This document shows, in pieces, positions 10,652-19,542 of a stretch of 64,000 bases of DNA (position 1 is the stretch's first letter; the number at the start of each line of letters is the position of its first letter). The notes under the pieces are model-generated. The model worked only from the letters and a program-made list of their open reading frames with translations. It was not told the DNA's origin and searched no databases. The stretch comes from an uncultured Chloroflexia bacterium. Lineage in GTDB: Bacteria > Chloroflexota > Chloroflexia > Thermomicrobiales > UBA6265. The translations under genes were made by a program, and so were the position numbers. The stretch lies in assembly GCA_963804925.1 (NCBI GenBank), contig CAWDSC010000006.1, positions 259,765 through 323,764 of the forward strand. The letters are read 5' to 3'.

Positions 10652-11745
10652 ATGGATGCAGTCAGCCCGCTCGCAGATCTGATCTCCTCGTTGAGCGCAC
10701 GTTCAATTCACTGATGGGCGCGATGGAACTCTTTTCAATTCACCTCGGCGACCAGCTCGGGTTCTATCGCCTGCTGGAAAGCGATGGTCCATCGACGCCC
10801 GCTGGGCTCGCGAACCGCGCCGGTACGAACGAGCGCTACGACGCGCGAATGGCTCGAGCAACAAGCTGTTACCGGGTTCATAGCCTGTGACTCAAAGAGG
10901 CGGATGACTCCGCACGGCGCTACTGGCTCCCCGATGAATACCGAGATCTCTTTTGCAATCCGGAGAGTTTGAGCGGCAGTCGTACCGATGGCGCAGATCT
11001 TTGTTGGCGTGCTCTTGCCCCTTCGCCGATTGGGAGAAGCCTATCCGAACCGGCGAAGGCATTTCTTACGCTGACTATGGCGAGGTCATGCACCACGCTC
11101 AGGCCGCGATCAATCGTCCGCAACTCCATCATCAGCTTGCGACGGAATGGCTCGCGGCAATGCCTGACGTGGTCGAAACATTGCGATCGCCGGCGGGATC
11201 GCGAGTGGCCGATATCGGGATGGGACAGGGCTGGTCAAGCATCGCCATTGCTCGAGGAGTTTCCGAATGTCAAAATCGATGGATTCGATCTTGACGAAGC
11301 GTCGGTAGCGGCGGCAAATGTCAACGCGAGAGAGGCCGGGCTGAGCGATCGGGTGGTGTTTCAGGCGCGTGACGCCGGCGATCCCGCGTTGGCGGGCGCC
11401 TACGACTTTGCGCTTGCCATCGAGTGCATTCATGACATGAGCGATCCCGTCTCAGTGCTGGCGGCGATTCGGCGCCTCGTTGGGCCGGGCGGCACGGTGC
11501 TCATCGTCGACGAAAAAGTGGGCGACGCGTTTTCCGCTCCAGGCAACGAAGTGGAACGGGTTATGTACGGATACAGCGTGCTGCACTGCCTTCCCGTCGG
11601 TATGGCGGATCAGCCGTCAGTCGGCACCGGTACCGTCATCCGCGAGCGAACAATGCGCAAGTACATCGCCGCCGCTGGTTACGAGCGAGTTGACACCCTT
11701 TCCATCGAGCATGATTTCTTCCGCTTTTATCGGTTGACCGCCTGA
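10652..11745 (+). pseudogene. SAM-dependent methyltransferase with N-terminal winged-helix dimerisation domain (Rv2258c-like), frame-disrupted (about 6 shifts)
   Basis: AGGAGG RBS 8 nt before ATG 10652. Colinear sense (LMGAMELFSIHLGDQLGFYRLL, REWLEQQAVTGFI, RYWLPDEYRDLFCNPESLS, TGEGISYADYGEVMHHAQAAINRP, VADIGMGQGWSSIAIA, FPNVKIDGFDLDEASV...) requires shifts at ~10690, 10850, 10895, 10975, 11020 and 11255. The last 490 nt are unbroken. Confidence 0.7.
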
Positions 11746-11982
11746 CCCCGAAATCAATAATCCCAAACGCGGAGGTTTTCGGGCGTGCGGCGAGCTTCTC
11801 GCCCCACATCCCGTTTGCGCGAATTTGTGTTGCCAATTCTGGCAATTCTCGTTCGGGGGAATCTGAACCTGGTAATCGCGGCGGCCTGTCTGCGCTGGAC
11901 CGGCTGACTGACTATCGGGCGCGCTAAACCTCCGCAGGCAACGCCGACCTCATAAGCCGCTCATTTGGAACGTCCTAAAGCA

Positions 11983-12014
11983 AACAGACCGGAGGCATTG
12001 CCTCCGGTCTGTTT
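11983..12014. terminator. Stem-loop immediately 3' of ssrA, possibly bidirectional
   Basis: Perfect inverted repeat aaacagaccggagg / cctccggtctgttt with a 4-nt loop. It is followed by T-rich sequence in both orientations and sits 4 nt after the tmRNA CCA end. Confidence 0.55.
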
Positions 12015-12018
12015 CGTC

Positions 12019-12380
12019 TGGTGGAGATGGGGGGAGTCGAACCCCCGTCCAGAACCATTTGCAGCCCATATGCTACGTGCGTAGCCGTTCATTTTCGTGC
12101 CCCGTGCGTCGCAGAACGGCGAGCTACGCACGCGGTTAGCCAGATTGCCTTAGATGTTCGCGCTCCGGCGAACTAGAACATCGCACCCTCGCTTTGATGA
12201 CGCCCAAACCCAATCCCGCAAGGGGGAGGATTGGCAGACGCGCTACTTAGAGGTCTGAGACTTAGGCAGCGAGTTGAAGCTGTGGTTTGCCAGCTCTTGG
12301 TTTTGCCCGTTTTAACGAGGCCTCGGGCACCTCGGCACGCAAAGAACGAACATCCGACCCTGTCGAAGCCAAACATCCCC
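12019..12380 (-). ncRNA. ssrA: tmRNA (SsrA), one-piece
   Basis: The minus strand reads 5' GGGGAUGUUUGGCUUCGACAGGG ... GGACGGGGGUUCGACUCCCCCCAUCUCCACCA 3'. The acceptor stem has G3:U, there is a T-arm and an encoded CCA. The internal tag ORF ends ...CAG CUU CAA CUC GCU GCC UAA (..QLQLAA*). It lies directly downstream of smpB. Confidence 0.93.
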
Positions 12381-12392
12381 AGAGCACGAATA

Positions 12393-12421
12393 AATGTAGC
12401 ACATACGATCGGATTCGTCAA
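12393..12421 (-). promoter_or_regulatory. Candidate sigma70-type promoter of ssrA
   Basis: On the minus strand TTGACG, a 17-nt spacer, then TACATT, ending 12 nt before the mature tmRNA 5' end. The -35 overlaps the smpB stop codon. Confidence 0.5.
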
Positions 12422-12423
12422 CA

Positions 12424-12921
12424 TCAACCGCGGTCGCGCATTGCTCTCGCGATGTCGCGTTGCGCTTCCCGGTCGGCCGATGCGTCGCGCTTGTCCCAGA
12501 GCTTCTTGCCGCGACAGACTCCGACCTCCAACTTGGCCCGTCCCTTTTTCAAATAGAGGTTGAGCGGAATGAGGGTGAGACCCTTGCGTTCGACTTCCTC
12601 GGCATAGTGCATGATCTGATCACGATGCGCTAGCAGCTTGCGTGGGCGCAATGGATCGTGGTTCGTATAGCTGCCGTGCGTATACGGCGAGATATGCATC
12701 CCGATGATCCAGAGCTCGCCATTCTCAACCCGGCAATAGGCTTCAGCCATCTGGACTTTGCCTTCTCGAACCGATTTGATTTCCGTGCCGCTCAGGACAA
12801 CGCCGACCTCCATGCTTTCCAGCACGAAGTAATCGTGAAACGCCCGCCGGTTTTTGACGACGTTCCGATCGGCCTTGCGTTCTAATTGTGCTTCCTCTTT
12901 CGTCTTTGCCATAACTGTCAA
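12424..12921 (-). CDS. smpB: SsrA-binding protein SmpB
   Basis: 165 aa: KNRRAFHDYFVLE...GTEIKSVREGKV...PRKLLAHRDQI...LIPLNLYLKKGRAKLEVGVCRGKKLWDKR. Adjacent to ssrA. Confidence 0.95.
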   Translation of the reverse strand: MTVMAKTKEEAQLERKADRNVVKNRRAFHDYFVLESMEVGVVLSGTEIKSVREGKVQMAEAYCRVENGELWIIGMHISPYTHGSYTNHDPLRPRKLLAHRDQIMHYAEEVERKGLTLIPLNLYLKKGRAKLEVGVCRGKKLWDKRDASADREAQRDIARAMRDRG

Positions 12922-12987
12922 ACTATATTTGGCTGGCTATCGCCCGTCAAACTGCGGGCTTTTCCATCAACTGGATTGTGAGAACCG

Positions 12988-13776
12988 ATGATCGACCAGA
13001 ATCATGCTTCGTCCGATGCTTACGCCAACATTGTTGATCTCTACGATCTTGAACACGACCAGTTTGATGATGATATCGCCTGCTTCATGAACTTCATCGA
13101 AGCAGTCGGCGACCCCGTGTTGGAACTCGGAGCAGGCACTGGCCGGTTCTTGATTCCCATCGCGGAAGCAGGATTCCGCGTCACCGGACTCGATGCGTCC
13201 GAGCCGATGCTCGCGAAAGCAGCCGATCGAATCGCGGAAACCGATCTCGGCGAACTCGTGACCCTCGATCACCGTTCCATGGACGAATGCGATCAGGCTC
13301 CCGGCGGACCATTCGGCGTCGTGATCGCTCCGCTCAACGGGCTCATGCATCTCACGACGTCCACCGAACAACGGTCAGTGCTGGCGGCAGCTCGGATGGC
13401 GCTCGATCCTCGCGGTCAGTTGCTCCTGGATCTGATGAATCCATCTCCCGAAGCGCTGCGCGGCATCGACCAGGCGCTCATCCATGAGGGAGGATGGTCA
13501 CTTCCTGACGGAGGGAGGGTCGACAAGTTCTCGTCGCGACACATTCGACCCTCAGAGCAGATCATCCGCACTGATCTGTGGTACGACGTCCTTGCTCCTG
13601 ATGGATCAATGCGGCGTGTCGCTGCGCAATACGAAATGCGGTACATCCACCGTGCCGAGTTGGAGTTGATGCTCGAACTTGCCGGCTACCCGGAATGGGA
13701 GCTTTATGGCTCCTACGACCTGGATCCGTACGAGGATGGCTCTGACCGCTTGATCGTCGCCGCTGAAGCGTCGTAG
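12988..13776 (+). CDS. Class I SAM-dependent methyltransferase
   Basis: Motif I VLELGAGTGRFLIPIAEAGFRVTGLDASEPML. 262 aa, unbroken. Confidence 0.8.
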   Translation: MIDQNHASSDAYANIVDLYDLEHDQFDDDIACFMNFIEAVGDPVLELGAGTGRFLIPIAEAGFRVTGLDASEPMLAKAADRIAETDLGELVTLDHRSMDECDQAPGGPFGVVIAPLNGLMHLTTSTEQRSVLAAARMALDPRGQLLLDLMNPSPEALRGIDQALIHEGGWSLPDGGRVDKFSSRHIRPSEQIIRTDLWYDVLAPDGSMRRVAAQYEMRYIHRAELELMLELAGYPEWELYGSYDLDPYEDGSDRLIVAAEAS

Positions 13777-13779
13777 CGA

Positions 13780-14862
13780 TCAGTCACGCGGCCAGGAGAT
13801 GCGCGCCGCCCGGTTGAGCAGCATCAAATCGGCCAGCACAATCGCCACCATCGCCTCCGCGACGGGAACCGCGCGCGGGCAAACCGAAGGATCGTGGCGC
13901 CCTTCAACCAGGATCTCACGAGGCTGGAGATTCAGGTCTACGGTCTGCTGTGGACGGGCAACCGAAGATGTTGGCTTCACTGCGATACGCACCACCAGAT
14001 CCTCTCCGGTCGTAAGCCCGCCAAGCGTGCCCCCAGCACTGTTGGTATGCGTCCGCACCCGCCCTGATCCGTCGACGTAAAAGGAATCGTTCGACAAAGA
14101 GCCGCGCGAGCGGGTGATGGCGAATCCATCGCCGATCTCAACACCCTTGACTGCCGGAATGCTCAGCATCGCCTGGCCAAGCAGGCCGTCCACCTTATCG
14201 AATGTCGGTTCTCCCAATCCAACCGGCACTTTCATCGCATGAACTTCGACAATGCCGCCGAGCGAATCGTGCTCTTCCTTCACCGCCATAATCGCGTCAA
14301 TCATCTTCTCGGCCGCGATTGGATCGGGACAGCGCACGATGTTCTGCTCGATTTCGTTTCGGTCGAAAGTTTCCATTTCGATGCCGCCAAGCTCGCGAAC
14401 GAAGCCAAACACGTCGCAGCCCGCTGTCGCCAGAATCTTCATCGCGATCGCACCCGCCGCGACCCGTCCCCAGGTCTCGCGCGCAGACGATCGACCGCCG
14501 CCGCGATGGTCCCGGTGACCATATTTCGCCCAGTAGGTGTAATCGCCGTGACCTGGACGGAAGACATCACGCAGGTTTTCATATTTCGTTGAGTCGGCAT
14601 CTTTGTTGTACGTGATCAGCGAAATCGGGGCCCCAGTCGTAACGCCTTCGAAAACACCGGAGAGCATCTCCGCCCGGTCGGTTTCCCCTCGTGGCGTCGT
14701 GACCTTGCTTTGCCCAACCCGGCGACGGTTCAACTGGAACTGGATATCTTCAACGGTCAGCGGAATACCGGCCGGACAGCCCTCGATGACCACGCCCAGC
14801 GCGGGACCATGGGATTCTCCCCAGGTCGTCAGTTTGAAAATTTTCCCGAACGTGCTGGCCAT
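13780..14862 (-). CDS. aroC: Chorismate synthase
   Basis: FGKIFKLTTWGESHGPALGVVIEGCPAGIPL, GRSSARETWGRVAAGA, GGTLGGLTTGEDLVVRIAVKPTSS. 360 aa. Confidence 0.95.
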   Translation of the reverse strand: MASTFGKIFKLTTWGESHGPALGVVIEGCPAGIPLTVEDIQFQLNRRRVGQSKVTTPRGETDRAEMLSGVFEGVTTGAPISLITYNKDADSTKYENLRDVFRPGHGDYTYWAKYGHRDHRGGGRSSARETWGRVAAGAIAMKILATAGCDVFGFVRELGGIEMETFDRNEIEQNIVRCPDPIAAEKMIDAIMAVKEEHDSLGGIVEVHAMKVPVGLGEPTFDKVDGLLGQAMLSIPAVKGVEIGDGFAITRSRGSLSNDSFYVDGSGRVRTHTNSAGGTLGGLTTGEDLVVRIAVKPTSSVARPQQTVDLNLQPREILVEGRHDPSVCPRAVPVAEAMVAIVLADLMLLNRAARISWPRD

Positions 14863-14885
14863 TGAGTGATCGATCCTTTCAACGT

Positions 14886-15776
14886 TTAGTTTGCCGGTGA
14901 TGGTATCGTAATTCCGCCCTTCATCCGAAAGTCGTCACCCCACAAATCGTAGTCGTGGTCGTTCGTCCGGCGAAATCCGTACTTTAAATAGAGTCGCTGC
15001 GAGCGTTCATTCGTGCTCTGGGTGCTCAGACCAACTTTTCGCGCACCGCGCGCCAGAAGCGTTTCAACGGCGAACGCGAGCGCAAAGCGCCCGTAGCCTT
15101 TCCCTTGCAAATCAGGATCGACGGCGATCCGGTCAAGGTGGCCCCAGCTTGGAAAGGTCGTGATGCCAACGTAGGAAACTGGTCTGCCATCGACGAGTCC
15201 AAGATAAATTTCCACGCCCGGCGTCTGGCCATACAGCCGAAATTCCAGATCAGAATTCCACCAGATCCAGGGAAACGACCGATTGTCGAGACGCAAGAGT
15301 GTTTCTCGCATCTCTTCATTCGCGGGATCGACCGCCACAAAGGTCAGTTCGCGTGGCCGGACGACGCGCGGCGCGTCCCGCCGCTCGATCTCAAACGTAA
15401 TGACTTTCTCAATGTGGGTGAATCCGCATCGATCGTAAAAGGAATTCCGGCGCGATTCGTCGACTTCGACCATCACGGTCAGCGATGCGCCGAGCTCACG
15501 CGCTCGATCAGAAATGGCGATCACCATCTCCTCGGGATGAAGCACCGCCGAGAGCTCCGCGATCTGCACAACATCCGTCCGGTTACGCCACGGAGCCACA
15601 ATGCCATACTCGAATGACTGCCTGTCCCACATCGACCTGCCCGGCAGCTGGCCGAGTACGCGCCGGATATCATCCGCGGCCAGGCGAGAACGCCAGCCGA
15701 TCCGCAACTGCGAGATATCCCGGAGTTCGAGCGGCACGATGGAATCAGCGGAATCGGTTTTCGTCAGCGCCGCCAT
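14886..15776 (-). CDS. Two-domain GNAT N-acetyltransferase (MshD-like architecture)
   Basis: C-terminal GNAT core IAVDPDLQGKGYGRFALAFAVETLLARGARKVGLSTQSTNERSQRLYLKYGFR, with a second GNAT-like half upstream. The start is set at MAALTKTD (15776), because the repaired upstream SBP gene ends at 15790. Confidence 0.7.
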   Translation of the reverse strand: MAALTKTDSADSIVPLELRDISQLRIGWRSRLAADDIRRVLGQLPGRSMWDRQSFEYGIVAPWRNRTDVVQIAELSAVLHPEEMVIAISDRARELGASLTVMVEVDESRRNSFYDRCGFTHIEKVITFEIERRDAPRVVRPRELTFVAVDPANEEMRETLLRLDNRSFPWIWWNSDLEFRLYGQTPGVEIYLGLVDGRPVSYVGITTFPSWGHLDRIAVDPDLQGKGYGRFALAFAVETLLARGARKVGLSTQSTNERSQRLYLKYGFRRTNDHDYDLWGDDFRMKGGITIPSPAN

Positions 15777-15789
15777 CAGTCCAGCTTCC

Positions 15790-17473
15790 CTACCGTTCAA
15801 TCCAGATGGTTTCCAGCTGGAGCAAGCCGAGCGGCGTGTATTCAAATCCCTTCACGCCAGGTTTCAAGAGCATGTACCCAACATCGTGGTACGTCGGGAT
15901 CAGCACCGCGTCATCAATCAAGAGTCTGTTGGGCCTTCATATAGGTCTCGGCTCGCTTCGCAATGTCCTGCTCGGTCGCCGCCTCGTTCATCAATACGTC
16001 GAAGTCAGGATTGCTATAGTCGATGTAATTGTCGGAGCTTCCCGTTTGAAACAGGCTGCCGAGAAAAGTTGAAGGATCGGGATAATCGGCGCCCCAGTAA
16101 AGCCCGTAGGCCGGATATTGCCGGAGCGCCAGGCCATCAAAGAACTCGGTCGATTGCACGGTCACCGCGTCAACCTCAAGCCCAAGCACATCCTTGACGG
16201 CTTCCTTCAGCGCTGGAACGAAGGCGTTCCCGGTTGAGTAGATCTGAATCGGATCGACTTCGGTCACTCCGGCATATTTCGATTCCGCGAAGGCCGCCTT
16301 GGCGGCGTCAGGATCGTATGGCAGGGCCTTCACCGGCCAGGGAACGCCGAGCATGCCGTCCGGAACCAATCCCTCGGCCACATTGACATGCCCGCCGAAT
16401 TGCACCTCGGCGATCTTCGCGCGCGGGAATGACATCGCCACGGCTTTCCGCACGTTGATGTCATCCATCGGCGCGGCGTCGGTTCGAAACGCGGCGTATT
16501 CCGTTGCGAAGAGATCGCTTTGAACCAACTGATCCGCGAGCCCAGACTCGGTGGAAGTTACGCGATCGACATCATTGCTGCCGATGCCGCAGATATCGAC
16601 CTTTTCGGCCTGGTAAAGATTGAAGGCCGATCCAGCGCTCGGGCCGAGCAGAATCTGGACCTTCTGCAATGCGGGTGCGCCGTCGACGAATGTTGAAACC
16701 GGCGTAAGCACCATTTGCTGTCCCGGAGTCCACTCGCTGACATGGAATGGGCCGGAACCGTTCGGCGTCATCCACCAGCCATCACCCTTCGCGACGTCAT
16801 CGGGATCGACAATCGATGTCGCCGCCGCGCCGAGTTTCATCAGAAATGGCGAACTGGGAGCGCTCAACCGGATTTCAACGGTGGCGTTGTCGATGGCGGT
16901 GATACCTGAAAGCACGTCGGTTTTGCCAGCAAGCATGTCAGCGACGCCGGCAATCGATGAGAGAAATGTCGGTCCGCTCAGCAGCGCGGCTTGCCCTCCC
17001 GCCGTCTGCGGGTTTACGGCCCGGGTAAACGAAAACACCACATCCTGCGCGGTGATCGCTCGCCCACTGTGGAATACCGCTTTCGGGTCCATGGTGAATG
17101 TGTAGGTCAATCCATCGGCGCTGATTTCAACCCGCTCGGCAAGTTCCAGCGCGGGGTTGAGCTCCGCATCGAACACGACCAGACCACGGAACATCAATCG
17201 CGTCAGGAACGCCGACGAGAGATCCCGGACCATGGCAGGATCGATCGTTTCCGGTCCTACAATCGGCCCGGTGACGCGAAAGAGCTGCTCGCCGGAGGGC
17301 GTCGCCGGCGGCAATGGACGCCGGGTCGTCAAAACGACGGCTTCTCCGCCCACCGGAGTGCCGTCTGCCTGGAGGCCCATTCGTGCCAGCGCCTGTTCGT
17401 GCACCAGCCCAAGACCCGCGAAAAGCCCAAGAGAAGCAGCGGCGAATTGTCGCCGCGAAAGGGTCGATTTCAT
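15790..17473 (-). pseudogene. ABC transporter substrate-binding protein, family 5 (peptide/nickel type), one frame break near the 3' end
   Basis: 519-aa ORF 15914..17473 with a signal peptide (RRQFAAASLGLFAGLGL) and SBP_bac_5-like sequence. After ...YMKAQQTL the sense continues in another frame as LIDDAVLIPTYHDVGYMLLKPGVKGFEYTPLGLLQLETIWIER*, with the stop at 15790. Confidence 0.8.
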
Positions 17474-17542
17474 GATGCGGATTCTACGGGCGGAAGCATC
17501 AACGGAACAAACGGACGCCGGGGATTTGCTACGAGATTCGCC

Positions 17543-18703
17543 CTAAACCTGTTTGGATTGTGAATCGTCGCTGTCGTTGGATTGAAGAATCTCACCCATT
17601 CGCCAGGCCTCGGCCAACGCCAGGGCTTTGTTCAGCGTCTCACCAACGTCGGATTGTGATGTCTGAATCTCAAGATCCGCCTGCGTTCTGGCCAGGGCCA
17701 ACCTGCGTTCCTGAAGCGAAAAGATCGTCGCCGGCCAGGAGCCGCCGCGACGCTGTTGCACGGTCTCAAGGTCGACATCCAGAAAAATGAGCAGATCGGG
17801 ATGAAGATGTCGCCAGAGATGGGGAACGACGCTGTGCTCCTGGGCGCTCGCGTGCGCATCGATCCCGGCATCGCGAAGACCATTCACCAGCGTGCTTTTC
17901 CCAGCAGCGCAATGCCCGATCACGGCAATCCTCGGCGCCGACACCGGTCTCGTGTCACGTTGATGTCTGCGGGCCACGCTGCTCATCTCCAGACATCGCT
18001 GACGTGCTGTCGTTGCACACGCTGATCGCTCTCTGCGCTGAGAAATCATGATCGCGACGATTGACAGATCGTCCTGCGGTCTTCCTCGATCGGCGGAAGT
18101 AGCGGAATCTAGCACCCGGAGACAAAGCAAACTGGCATCGTGCTCAACAGGAGCGGATTGCAGCGCATCGAGCAGATCGAATGCCATGCCGAATCGACTT
18201 CCGGCCCGCCCGATCCCATCCGTCGCGAGCACGATGGTCAATCCGTCCGCCAGGGAAAACGATTCGATCTCCGGCGTCTGATCCTGGAGACGTCCAGCTG
18301 GTTCCCCGGTGCGCTGCAATATGCTCCAGGAGCAGTCGCGGCGAACCACAATGAGGTTCGATGAGAAGCGGGCGATGTCGATGCCCAGACCAGGATCGAT
18401 GGTGACAACATCAAGTCCCGCCGAAACCTGACCGGAACGAGCGTGCAACAGCGCGTCACTGGCGGCCATGGCCGCGACCTCAGCGCGTGCGCCGTCTTGT
18501 AGCAGCCTTGTCGCCTGGCCGGCAACCATTCGAGCAATCGCACGCCCAGCCGGTCCGCTCCCCTGCCCGTCCACCAACACGACGCCATAGCCGCCGCCGG
18601 GGCGCTCAACGATGTCAACCACGTCTCCACTTTTGCTCACCGCGTATTTGTGTGTCGCGGCCGAGGCAATATCAATCTTCCAACCCATCATTCTCTCGAT
18701 CAT
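17543..18703 (-). CDS. Fusion protein: N-terminal SpoIIE/PP2C-type phosphatase-like domain plus C-terminal P-loop NTPase/kinase-like domain
   Basis: N-terminal half: GDVVDIVERPGGGYGVVLVDGQGSGPAGRAIARMVAG and LTIVLATDGIGRAG (RsbX/SpoIIE-like). C-terminal half: Walker A IAVIGHCAAGKSTLVNGL and a Walker-B-like LLIFLDVD. Confidence 0.6.
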   Translation of the reverse strand: MIERMMGWKIDIASAATHKYAVSKSGDVVDIVERPGGGYGVVLVDGQGSGPAGRAIARMVAGQATRLLQDGARAEVAAMAASDALLHARSGQVSAGLDVVTIDPGLGIDIARFSSNLIVVRRDCSWSILQRTGEPAGRLQDQTPEIESFSLADGLTIVLATDGIGRAGSRFGMAFDLLDALQSAPVEHDASLLCLRVLDSATSADRGRPQDDLSIVAIMISQRRERSACATTARQRCLEMSSVARRHQRDTRPVSAPRIAVIGHCAAGKSTLVNGLRDAGIDAHASAQEHSVVPHLWRHLHPDLLIFLDVDLETVQQRRGGSWPATIFSLQERRLALARTQADLEIQTSQSDVGETLNKALALAEAWRMGEILQSNDSDDSQSKQV

Positions 18704-18788
18704 TCAGCACCATCATCGGGCGCATCGGGCAAGTGCGGCGTATGCTTCAATACGATGTTTACTCTGCCGTTTCTGGAGCCTGTTGTCG

Positions 18789-19529
18789 ATGACTGAACCC
18801 GCGATCACCTTCGATTTTCATAATACGATCGCCAGCGCCGACATGTGGTTTCACATTGAAGTGCACGATCTCATGGGCGCGTATCTTCGCTGGCGGGCTG
18901 AACGCGATGGAGTCGCGCCCGATCAGGCGCTCATCGACGAGGCGAACGCGTCGTATCGCCAGCTCCGCCAGGCGATTCACCACCACGGTCATGAGCCGAC
19001 CGCTGAGCAATCGATCGATCTGGTCCTGCACCAGCTTGGCTTCGATGAATCATCAATGATGATCGACGAGGGGACCGAGGCGATCATGCGGGGAGCGCTC
19101 GGTGATATCGCGCCGATTCCCGGCGTCATTGACTCCATCGAAGCGATCGCGTCTGAAGGCATCCCGCTCGGCATCGTTTCGATCGCGATCTATCACCCGT
19201 TTTTGCTCTGGGTGCTGGATGAGTTCGGCATCGCCGAGCACTTCTCGTCAATCACGACATCCGCACGGGCAGGATTCTATAAAAACCGTCCCGAGATTTT
19301 TTGGCGAGCGCTTGAAGACGTTTCAGGCGATCCGGAGCGGTCGCTGCACATCGGCGATTCATTTCGCATGGATGTCGTGGGATCGCGCCGGGCCGGCATG
19401 CAAACTGCCTGGTATCAGCGCGAAGGCGCAGCGCCATTGCCGGAAGTTGCCGCGCCTGACCTCACCTTCACGACGCTCGAAGGCTCCGCGCCCCAGTTGC
19501 TCGACCGGCTTACTGTCACCCGAAAATGA
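18789..19529 (+). CDS. HAD-superfamily hydrolase (subfamily IA-like)
   Basis: Motif I ITFDFHNTI (second Asp replaced by His), motif IV HIGDSFRMDVVGSRRAGM. The start is chosen at ATG 18789; the longer ORF from 18612 overlaps the upstream gene. Confidence 0.65.
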   Translation: MTEPAITFDFHNTIASADMWFHIEVHDLMGAYLRWRAERDGVAPDQALIDEANASYRQLRQAIHHHGHEPTAEQSIDLVLHQLGFDESSMMIDEGTEAIMRGALGDIAPIPGVIDSIEAIASEGIPLGIVSIAIYHPFLLWVLDEFGIAEHFSSITTSARAGFYKNRPEIFWRALEDVSGDPERSLHIGDSFRMDVVGSRRAGMQTAWYQREGAAPLPEVAAPDLTFTTLEGSAPQLLDRLTVTRK

Positions 19530-19542
19530 GGTAGTCACTCCC

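Noticed and set aside
6694-11260. Programmed ribosomal frameshifting or transcriptional slippage as an explanation of the frame switches
   Set aside because: There are far too many switches per gene (up to six). I see no shared slippery heptamer or downstream pseudoknot, and the affected genes belong to unrelated families.
9616-12018. Degraded genomic island integrated at the 3' end of the tmRNA gene
   Set aside because: I saw no integrase or recombinase remnant, no phage or plasmid genes, and no partial direct repeat of the tmRNA 3' end (ggagtcgaaccccc...) at a distal boundary. glcE, on the far side of glcD, shows the same indel density, which an island model does not explain.
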